From contig JAYFNY010000052.1 in assembly GCA_034933205.1 (NCBI GenBank), forward strand, positions 1,391-65,390: a DNA stretch of 64,000 bases, written 5' to 3'. The number at the start of each line of letters is the position of its first letter. Positions within the stretch are counted from its first letter, which is position 1. This document shows positions 56,604 to 64,000 of this stretch, piece by piece. The position numbers were made by a program, and so were the translations under genes. This stretch comes from Eubacteriales bacterium (GTDB lineage: Bacteria > Bacillota > Clostridia > Christensenellales > CAG-138). Under the pieces are notes generated by a model. That model made no database searches. It was not told the origin of the DNA and worked only from the letters and a program-made list of their open reading frames with translations.

Positions 56604-59600
56604 CGTGCTCTCCTTCGTTGAGCAAATCAAAAAACGCATCCTGTTTGACGGATTTCAGCAACCTTACCCGCGCGCCGGGTACCCGCGCGTCAAACCGGCA
56701 GATGCTGTTGTAATCGCAATAAACGCAGGCCTGTTTCCGCTTTTGACGCGCGGCGGGGGAAGCGGTCATCTCGCCTTCCAGCATACAAAAAAGCGTCTCC
56801 TCCGATTTCTTTTTTGCCGCTTCAATCAGCAGATCCATCTCCCTTTGCGTACAAACACTGCCGGAATACGTCTCTTCGCCAACCTTCCGAACGCCGCCCA
56901 GAATACCGGATATTCCACTGATCGCAAAATCGCTGGCCGAAATCACGTCCGGGTCGGAAAGCGTCAGGCCCTTAAGACGAAACGCATCCATTGCAGCCGA
57001 CTCGACATCCTCTTCCGTATCCGAAACAACCGGCTGAAGAATCGGCATGTAATAGAATCCTGCGCGCGTCTCGCTGCACTCCGCAGCCGCCAGAAGATAG
57101 AGCGGAAGCTGCAGCGTAAGGCCATTTAAAACCCCGGAGAAATCAAACTCTTTACCGCCTGTTTTGTAGTCGATAATCCGCGTCATTTCACGCCCGTTCA
57201 CAGCCGCGCGATCGATGCGGTCGATCACACCGCCAAGCAACGCTTCTTTGCCATCGGATAAAGCCAATCGGATCGGAGGAAACGGCGCTCCCTGTCCAAA
57301 CCGGACTTCCGTCAGCACCGGCGCAAACCTTCCGGAGCGCGCCTGATTCAAAATGGCCAGCGCGCTTTGATGTACGACCTCGATCAGGAGGAACACCGTA
57401 GCCCGCATTCGCTCGTTTTCAACAAGAATCCCATAATTATGATTTGCGAGCACGCCGGGCAGCAACTCGTTTAGCAGCGCGATTGCGTTTTCGTCCGTCA
57501 ATTGCCGCCAGTCCAGTCCACGCTCGTTTACCGTGCGAACAAACGCCTCCAGGGCCGCATGATAGAACGCCCCGAGATCCGCCGCTCGCTCGGTATATTC
57601 CTTTGTTTCCTCCGCGTGCAGACCGTAACGGACAAAATGCTGAAACGGGCAGCTGTTAAAGCTCTCCAGACGGCTGGCACTCATGGTAACCCGAGTCCCG
57701 TAGAGCTTCTTCGCCGCTTCACGCCCGATCGTCAACTGCTTGAACCTTGCCGTACTCTCCGCCAGCATGCGCCGCGTCAGCTCGCGCGTATCGTCCCGGC
57801 TTAGCAACCATTCCACCAGTGCGGGCAACCGCTCAGGACATACCTTCTCATCGCGAAACCGTCTCAGATCGCCGGCAACCAGCGTCAGCGCTTCCGCGAT
57901 ACAATCTGGTAGCGCATCCGTCGATTCGATATCCGTCTTCACGAGGCAAGTCGGGCAAATCTTGCGGAGCCGCTCCACAAGCGGAGAGGGCGAAAGTTCG
58001 CCGCTGCCATCCCCGTATGCATAACTGACATACAGATACTCGTCCGTTTTCGAAAAAGCCGTATACAGATCCAGACGATCGGAAGCTGTCATTTCGTCGG
58101 ACGTTCTGCGCAGATCCGCACCAAAAGAGCGCAAGCTCTGAATCTCCGCATCGTCGATTAGTCCATCGTTTTGCTGCGGACGGGGAAGAACCCCTTCGTT
58201 TGCACCGATCACAAACAGCGCGCGCACACGACGGCTGCGGGTCCGAACCGCATCTCCCACGAGCCCCTGATCCGCCGTGCCCGGCACAACGCCGACACTG
58301 CAACCGCTTAGTCCCTCTTCCAGCAACCCGACAAAGCCCTTTTTCCCCACATTGAGGGACCCTAAGATTTCATCCAGCTGATCCAGCAACTCTACCAGAT
58401 AGTTCCAGACCTGCGCGTGTTCCTGCGCTTCCGGCAGGCGCCCCTCCCGCGTCAGACGCTCCGCTTTTTCCTCCAGTAGACGCTGAAGATCAATCTCCTT
58501 CAGAAACAAATAGAGTACACGAACCTGCTCGGAGACCGTTGCGCGCGCAAGCCCTTTTGACAGCGTCTCCAGAGCGGGAACGATTGCGCCTCGCGCCCGT
58601 TCCGCCCCCTCCTCCGACTCCGCACGAGTCAGAGGTTTGAGCAATGCGCTCCCGCGTAACCCGGTGCGGCGCAGATATAAATCAAGCGACTCCGCATCCG
58701 AATCCTCGCAGGGTGCAAAGCCGCATTTAAAGTACGTTTGAAAATCGGCCGTTCCATAGCCGAGCGCGGCAAAACGTACCGCCCCCAGAACCCCGTCCAC
58801 CGCGGCATGTCCCGTTAGCGGGCGTTTCTGATCCAGAAACACAGGAATTCCACGCCGCGCGCACGCACGCTGAATCAAGTTGGAATAGGCTTCCAGATCC
58901 GAAACAATCACCGCCATGTCGCGATAACGAACGCCGCCTCGCGCCAGTTCCAGGATTGCCTCCGCAAGGGACTCCGCTTCCGCACGGCGGTCACTCGCGC
59001 CAAAAATCGTCAGTTTTGATGCGTCGCTGCGGTATTCCTCCGCAGGATATGCAAAGAGGTTCCGCTCGATATGCCGCATCAGCGGCTCGCCCGCGCTCGA
59101 TTGCTCGCAAAGCCGGACTTCCTGTACGGCAGCGCCCGCGCGCTCGGCAACCGTGTTCAGCAAAGCGAGCACCTCCCGCTCCGGCTCGAACAAGTCGTCA
59201 TCCGCACGCCGCACACAATCCACGCGCAGAGAAATCGTTACTTCCGGGCAGCAGAGCAGCATCTGTTCCACCATACCGAGCACTTGCCGGTTCGGGTAAT
59301 CCAGCCCGTCGATATAAACCGGCAATCCAGCGACAAACGAAGCCGGCAGCAAGCGGGACGCCTCGTTCACCGCATCGTCCAGACTGATATACCGCTGTTC
59401 CAGATAGGCTTCCGTCTCCCGATAAAGTACGGCTAAGTCCGAAAGCTTGTCCGTGATCGGCGCGTCGGCCGGCAGGCGGATAATCAGCCCATCCAGTGCA
59501 TCCGGCGTTAACCCGGCATGCTTGAAGTCATGAAAAAAGGTCTCCGCCTCCTCAACAAACCCGGGCTGGCCGGCGGCAAGTGAAAAGACCTTGAGCGCAT

Positions 59601-59901
59601 CCTTCTTTCGATCGATCGCGCGGCGAATGACCATTCGATATCCCTGCTCCGAGAGAAACGGACGCGTTTGCCCTCCAAAGGACAGCAAGCGCTGCGCCAA
59701 ACGATCAAAACTGAACACCTGAACGCCGATCAGCCCGCCCAGCGCTTCCGCTAAGAGGCGCTCCGCCTCATAGGTGTATTGCTCCGGCACGATCAAAACC
59801 GCGCGCTCGCCAGATCGCTGCTTGTTTCGCAGTTCCTCGACAATCCGCGGTGTTTTCCCCGTTCCGGCGCGGCCGAGCAGAAGGGTGAGCAACGCGCTCA
59901 T
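56587..59901 (-). CDS. addB: ATP-dependent helicase/deoxyribonuclease AddB
   Basis: 1104 aa. N-terminal GRAGTGKT, C-terminal nuclease IIDYKTG, and a Cys cluster CVYCDYNSIC (Fe-S staple). Confidence 0.92.
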   Translation of the reverse strand: MSALLTLLLGRAGTGKTPRIVEELRNKQRSGERAVLIVPEQYTYEAERLLAEALGGLIGVQVFSFDRLAQRLLSFGGQTRPFLSEQGYRMVIRRAIDRKKDALKVFSLAAGQPGFVEEAETFFHDFKHAGLTPDALDGLIIRLPADAPITDKLSDLAVLYRETEAYLEQRYISLDDAVNEASRLLPASFVAGLPVYIDGLDYPNRQVLGMVEQMLLCCPEVTISLRVDCVRRADDDLFEPEREVLALLNTVAERAGAAVQEVRLCEQSSAGEPLMRHIERNLFAYPAEEYRSDASKLTIFGASDRRAEAESLAEAILELARGGVRYRDMAVIVSDLEAYSNLIQRACARRGIPVFLDQKRPLTGHAAVDGVLGAVRFAALGYGTADFQTYFKCGFAPCEDSDAESLDLYLRRTGLRGSALLKPLTRAESEEGAERARGAIVPALETLSKGLARATVSEQVRVLYLFLKEIDLQRLLEEKAERLTREGRLPEAQEHAQVWNYLVELLDQLDEILGSLNVGKKGFVGLLEEGLSGCSVGVVPGTADQGLVGDAVRTRSRRVRALFVIGANEGVLPRPQQNDGLIDDAEIQSLRSFGADLRRTSDEMTASDRLDLYTAFSKTDEYLYVSYAYGDGSGELSPSPLVERLRKICPTCLVKTDIESTDALPDCIAEALTLVAGDLRRFRDEKVCPERLPALVEWLLSRDDTRELTRRMLAESTARFKQLTIGREAAKKLYGTRVTMSASRLESFNSCPFQHFVRYGLHAEETKEYTERAADLGAFYHAALEAFVRTVNERGLDWRQLTDENAIALLNELLPGVLANHNYGILVENERMRATVFLLIEVVHQSALAILNQARSGRFAPVLTEVRFGQGAPFPPIRLALSDGKEALLGGVIDRIDRAAVNGREMTRIIDYKTGGKEFDFSGVLNGLTLQLPLYLLAAAECSETRAGFYYMPILQPVVSDTEEDVESAAMDAFRLKGLTLSDPDVISASDFAISGISGILGGVRKVGEETYSGSVCTQREMDLLIEAAKKKSEETLFCMLEGEMTASPAARQKRKQACVYCDYNSICRFDARVPGARVRLLKSVKQDAFFDLLNEGEHDALDR

Positions 59902-60422
59902 TTTAAAATCTCCCGGTGCAATTGCGTATATTTCATTTGTCCGTTCTCGCTGCGGCTTTCGTAAAGCACGATCGCGTTTGCCATAAACGCAGCTTTCTGC
60001 GGCGGCAATTCAAATTCTTCGTCGCCCTCTATCTTTCTGCCGAGTGTGATATGCGGCGAAAGTTTCCCTCGGTTTTTGGAAAAGCCTCGCTCCCATAGCG
60101 CGGACTCCAACGTTTCGTAAAGCCGGTCGAGCTCCCCGCCTTCGCAGGAAACGGAGACAAATCCGGTATGCGAACCGTCCGTCTTAAACGAACCGTATCC
60201 TCCCAGCCGCAGTACGAAAGGCCGAATATCCCGGATCGCTTCGCGCAGTGCATCCACGGCGTCCGCCAGTTCGTTTGTTTCGCCCAGAAAATGGAGCGTG
60301 ATATGGTAGTTTTCCCGCGGGACAAAGCGCCCGTTCGCGCCGGATTCCTCAAGCGCAACACGGGCGGACGATACCACGCGAAGAATATCCGGCGGCAACG
60401 GGATTCCAATAAATAAACGCAT
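59898..60422 (-). CDS. thpR: RNA 2',3'-cyclic phosphodiesterase (2H family, ThpR/LigT)
   Basis: 174 aa with two HxT motifs (HITLHFLG and HITLGR). Its stop overlaps the addB start as ATGA. Confidence 0.85.
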   Translation of the reverse strand: MRLFIGIPLPPDILRVVSSARVALEESGANGRFVPRENYHITLHFLGETNELADAVDALREAIRDIRPFVLRLGGYGSFKTDGSHTGFVSVSCEGGELDRLYETLESALWERGFSKNRGKLSPHITLGRKIEGDEEFELPPQKAAFMANAIVLYESRSENGQMKYTQLHREILK

Positions 60423-60709
60423 CTGCGCCTCCTAAGTAAAACGCACGTCAGGCGTTTTTCTTACCTACAGTATAGCGGGATCTCCACTTTTTCGCCAGAG
60501 CACGTATGGATCAATAGCAGAAACACGCCGATATCGTATCCCACGTTCTTGTCAATTCCATTCCGGATTTCCCTCAAATCAGCCATGCTTATGTTTCGAT
60601 CCCATCCATCGATACGGCAGGAAATCCTGCAAAACAAGCCGTTTCAATATCGTTTTACCATGTGTGAAAGATACTGCTTCCGAGTCGTTATTCAGAAATC
60701 CTGTATGAG

Positions 60710-60787
60710 TTATCCACAGTCCCTTATCCACATTGTCCACCATGTTATCCACATATCGTGGTTTTTTGAGTTTTTGGATGTGTATAA
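60710..60787 (+). promoter_or_regulatory. DnaA-box cluster 2 (three perfect and two near-consensus boxes) with an adjacent T-rich tract
   Basis: Perfect TTATCCACA at 60710-60718, 60724-60732 and 60745-60753. TTGTCCACC at 60733-60741. Inverted TTATACACA at 60779-60787. The tract 60761-60800 is 72% A+T and contains no C. Confidence 0.8.
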
Positions 60788-61040
60788 GTTTTGTTTTTGG
60801 GCTTCCGACTGTGAATATGCCCTCGAATCATACGTTCTGTAAAAAATATTCTGCAGATTCGAAATACCACACAGGGTGACACAATCCTTTTTTTCTCCTG
60901 CAATCCAGTTTTTTGAAAGATGCATCGAGCAATTCCAACGAAGCGGAGCGCGAGCAGAGATCGATCTAAATATAGAAATTTGGCAGCAATACAAAACCAT
61001 AGAATCATTCAAGTTCCAGAACCGGAGCAAATAGAGGTCG

Positions 61041-61078
61041 GCCTCAAAACAAAAAAAGTTTTGCAGTCGTGCAAAACT
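61041..61078 (-). terminator. Rho-independent terminator of murA
   Basis: 9-bp perfect stem agttttgca / tgcaaaact with loop gtcg. On the minus strand it is followed by TTTTTTTGTTTTG. Confidence 0.85.
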
Positions 61079-61132
61079 ATCGGGCCGTTCATTTCCTAAA
61101 ACTAAAACTAATCGCGCGTCGCGGTTTTTCGG

Positions 61133-62416
61133 CTACTTTTCGCGCCGTACGATCTCCGCGCCAAGGCCGGATAATTTACTCTCCAAATACTCATACCCGC
61201 GATCGATATACTGGATGTTGTGCACGTTCGTCGTTCCGCCGGCCGCAAGCCCCGCAACGATAAGCGACGCGCCCGCGCGCAAGTCGGACGCATAAATATC
61301 CGCGCCATGAAGCGCGTTGATGCCCTTCAGCTTTGCGGTATTATTATCCTTCATGCTGATGGAGGCGCCCATGCGGCGCAGCTCGCGAACATGGTTGAAA
61401 CGGTTCTCAAAGATCGTTTCGTTAATCGTCGATATCCCGTTCGCCGCACAGAGATACGCCATGATCGGCTGTTGCAGGTCGGTAGGAAATCCCGGATACG
61501 GCAGGGTTTTCACATTGATCGCGCGGGGACGTTCGTTCATTACGACGCGCAGATAAAAGTCCCGCCCGTCGTCGCCCTCGATCACGCGAGCACCGCTTTC
61601 CATCAGTTTGGCGGAGATGGCTTCCATATGTGTCGGAATCACGTTCTTAATCACAACGTCGCCCATCGTTGCTGCGGCGGCAATCATAAACGTTCCTGTT
61701 TCGATCTGATCCGGAATGATGGCATATCCACAGCCGTGCAGTTTGGGTTTTCCCGTTACGCGAATCACGTCCGTACCGGCTCCCTTGACCGTTGCACCCA
61801 TCATATTCAGAAAATTCGCAACGTCGACCACATGCGGTTCCTTCGCGACGTTGCTCATCACCGTAACGCCTTCGGCCATGCTTGCTGCAAGCATCACGTT
61901 GATGGTTGCCCCTACGCTGACTACGTCGAAATAAACTTCTGCCCCAACCAGCTTTTTTGCACGCGCACGGACGATATTCTTATCGCAATCCAGTTCGACT
62001 TCCGCGCCAAGCGCCCGCATGCCCTTGATATGCTGATCAATGGGACGCGCACCGATGACGCAGCCGCCCGGTAAAGCAAGCTCCACTTCGCCGAAGCGGG
62101 CAAGCAGAGAACCCAGCAAATAATAGGAGGCACGCATGCTGCAAACCGCCTCGCTCAGCGCCTTGGTCGTCTTGAGCGTACGCGAATCGATTCGCATGCA
62201 ATCGCCGTCCGTATAATCAACGCTAACGCCCAGCTCCTCTAAAATCTCTTTGAGGCACTGGACGTCCTGAATATGCGGCAAATTCTCAAGCACGCACGTT
62301 TCGCCTGCCAGAACCGCCGCAGGTATGATGGCGACCGCAGCGTTTTTTGCACCGCTGATGGTAACGGTTCCTTCGAGCCGCTTTCCGCCTTTGATTTCGT
62401 ACCATTCTTTCTGCAT
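61133..62416 (-). CDS. murA: UDP-N-acetylglucosamine 1-carboxyvinyltransferase
   Basis: 427 aa. N-terminus GGKRLEGTVTISGAKNAAVAIIPA and the catalytic-Cys loop LPGGCVIGARPIDQH. Confidence 0.95.
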   Translation of the reverse strand: MQKEWYEIKGGKRLEGTVTISGAKNAAVAIIPAAVLAGETCVLENLPHIQDVQCLKEILEELGVSVDYTDGDCMRIDSRTLKTTKALSEAVCSMRASYYLLGSLLARFGEVELALPGGCVIGARPIDQHIKGMRALGAEVELDCDKNIVRARAKKLVGAEVYFDVVSVGATINVMLAASMAEGVTVMSNVAKEPHVVDVANFLNMMGATVKGAGTDVIRVTGKPKLHGCGYAIIPDQIETGTFMIAAAATMGDVVIKNVIPTHMEAISAKLMESGARVIEGDDGRDFYLRVVMNERPRAINVKTLPYPGFPTDLQQPIMAYLCAANGISTINETIFENRFNHVRELRRMGASISMKDNNTAKLKGINALHGADIYASDLRAGASLIVAGLAAGGTTNVHNIQYIDRGYEYLESKLSGLGAEIVRREK

Positions 62417-62798
62417 ACCACTGCTAGTCTACCGAAATCATCCTCATAAGTCAAGCGCGACGGAAATCTGTACCCGTTTCGCTGCCGCCGCAGAGGACTC
62501 TTGTTTTTATTCGTCTGTACTCGTTTTATTCAGTTTTGTTCGCACGCTCTAAACGAAACGTCTTCCTACGCTCTTCTTCCTGCGTGCAGTGCATCGAGAT
62601 GAATCCTTCACAAATCTTCCTACTGACACGAATGTTCGAATTGTCGTTTTTATCGAATCGTTCTGAAAACCGGTGCAAATCCCGTAATTCGAAGCAAACG
62701 GTTGTTTTTCCCCCGATCCCATATTATGCAATACCATACTGCGAAGACTTCATTTCAAATATATTTTTTATTCTGCCGTAAATATGATTAGGAATGAA

Positions 62799-62827
62799 TT
62801 GACAAGCTGCGCACCGCATGCTAAAGT
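62799..62827 (+). promoter_or_regulatory. Putative promoter of the carbamate kinase gene
   Basis: TTGACA (62799-62804), N17, TAAAGT (62822-62827). Inverted repeat GCTAAA-gtaaa-TTTAGC overlaps the -10. Confidence 0.5.
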
Positions 62828-62870
62828 AAATTTAGCATTTCTCTATTTTTTTCAGAACTCGGAGGAATCC

Positions 62871-63812
62871 ATGGAAAAACTTGTTATCGCCCTTGGCGGC
62901 AACGCGCTGCAGGAGGGTAATGGCCCCGCAACTGCCGAAGCGCAGCTGGAGGTTGTTGAAAAAACGTCCGTATTCATTGCGGATATCATTGAAAAAGGTT
63001 ACCAGGTGATCCTTGCGCATGGCAACGGACCGCAGGTCGGTCGCATCGTTTTGCAGAACGAGCATTCCGTCAGCGTTACGCCCGCAATGCCGTTTGACGT
63101 CTGCGGCGCAATGAGCCAAGGCATGATCGGCTATCACATGCAGCAGGGCTTGACCAAAGCTTTGCGTGCTCGCGGCAATCACACCGGCGCAGCAACGGTC
63201 GTTACCCAGGTTGTCGTCGATCAGAACGACAAAGCGTTTCAGAACCCTTCCAAACCCATCGGTCCGTTTTACAGCGAAGAAGAAGCAAAGAAGCTGCAGC
63301 GTGAAAAGGGCTATGCCGTCAAGGAAGATGCCGGCCGCGGCTGGCGCCGCGTCGTCGCCTCGCCCATTCCCGTTGAAATCGTCGAACTTCCCGAGGTGAA
63401 GTGTCTGATTAACGGCGGTTTTGTCGTGATCACCGTTGGTGGCGGCGGCATCCCCGTTATCCGTGATGAAAAAGGAAATCTGGTCGGAACGGCCGCAGTC
63501 ATCGACAAGGATCTGGCGAGCGAACGACTTGCTGAGGATCTGGATGCCGATGCGCTCTTAATTCTCACTGCGGTTGAGCAGGTTTGCCTGAATTACGGAA
63601 AGCCGAACGAAAAGCGGCTTTCGACGATCTCCGTTGCCGAAGCGGAACAGTATATCAGTGAAGGCCACTTTGCTCCCGGTTCCATGCTTCCCAAGATTCA
63701 AGCCGCCGTCCGGTTCGCCAACAGCAAATCCGGGCGTCGCGCGATCATCACTTCCCTCGATAAAGCCGTTGATGCGCTCAACGGAAAAGCGGGGACCGTG
63801 ATCCAGAAGTAA
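62871..63812 (+). CDS. arcC: Carbamate kinase
   Basis: Start at MEKLVIALGGNAL, preceded by GGAGG plus 5 nt. HGNGPQVG motif. Confidence 0.9.
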   Translation: MEKLVIALGGNALQEGNGPATAEAQLEVVEKTSVFIADIIEKGYQVILAHGNGPQVGRIVLQNEHSVSVTPAMPFDVCGAMSQGMIGYHMQQGLTKALRARGNHTGAATVVTQVVVDQNDKAFQNPSKPIGPFYSEEEAKKLQREKGYAVKEDAGRGWRRVVASPIPVEIVELPEVKCLINGGFVVITVGGGGIPVIRDEKGNLVGTAAVIDKDLASERLAEDLDADALLILTAVEQVCLNYGKPNEKRLSTISVAEAEQYISEGHFAPGSMLPKIQAAVRFANSKSGRRAIITSLDKAVDALNGKAGTVIQK

Positions 63813-63877
63813 CGGATTCCAACCATTCAAGGCAGCGGTTCCTTTTGTTTGAAAGAATCACTTTCTTTTGTTCTATC

Positions 63878-63920
63878 GGCAGAGAGCTTACTCAATTAAG
63901 AGTAAGCTCTCTGCCTTTAT
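63878..63920 (+). terminator. Rho-independent terminator of arcC
   Basis: 15-bp perfect stem ggcagagagcttact / agtaagctctctgcc, followed by TTTAT. Confidence 0.75.
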
Positions 63921-64000
63921 CAACCGAATGCGAAAGCGTACTTCTGACGCATGATCACGGCGTTAACCGATTCGGCCCACGGAAGAGGAACATTGCTTCC

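Noticed and set aside
60549-61030. ORFs 60549..60842 (+), 60710..61030 (-) and 60745..61008 (-) in DnaA-box region 2
   Set aside because: They have low GC, no RBS, and translations dominated by the box and T-tract sequence. I consider the region non-coding.

Overview
This is a high-GC chromosomal window of Firmicutes/Clostridia type, judged from gene content: AddAB, sortase plus an LPXTG protein, DegV, rubrerythrin/PerR, dockerin-like modules and CotH. I call 49 protein-coding genes, one of them frameshifted, and most are on the minus strand. I saw no rRNA, tRNA, CRISPR array, transposase, integrase or phage genes. The left end carries an origin-type block, recF-remB-gyrB-gyrA, with gyrA cut by the window edge. 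mnmG-rsmG lie at 27-29.6 kb, but dnaA and dnaN are absent. Two dense DnaA-box clusters sit in unusually long, lower-GC non-coding gaps: at about 36.5 kb downstream of tsaD, and at about 60.7 kb between murA and a thpR-addB-addA operon. The best candidates for undescribed biology are: (1) a tightly packed three-gene cluster at 5.1-9.7 kb encoding a surface-anchored CotH-like kinase with three lamin-tail repeats, a VTC/triphosphate-tunnel polyphosphate-polymerase domain protein and a DUF4956 membrane protein. (2) A cell-envelope block at 21-27 kb with three translationally coupled (ATGA) GT-C-like membrane paralogs. It is preceded by a near-consensus promoter and a perfect-register 2 x 56-bp tandem duplication whose copies each encode an almost identical 18/19-aa mini-ORF and carry a 10-bp palindrome. 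(3) The two DnaA-box clusters. Other calls include an FMN riboswitch upstream of ribU, a CIRCE-like element upstream of lon, a Fur/PerR-type operator, a TetR gene broken in an A5 run, two dockerin-bearing phosphodiester-glycosidase paralogs, and a PII-like protein coupled to a cation/proton antiporter. All protein-family calls rest on motifs I recognised by eye. No database search was run.
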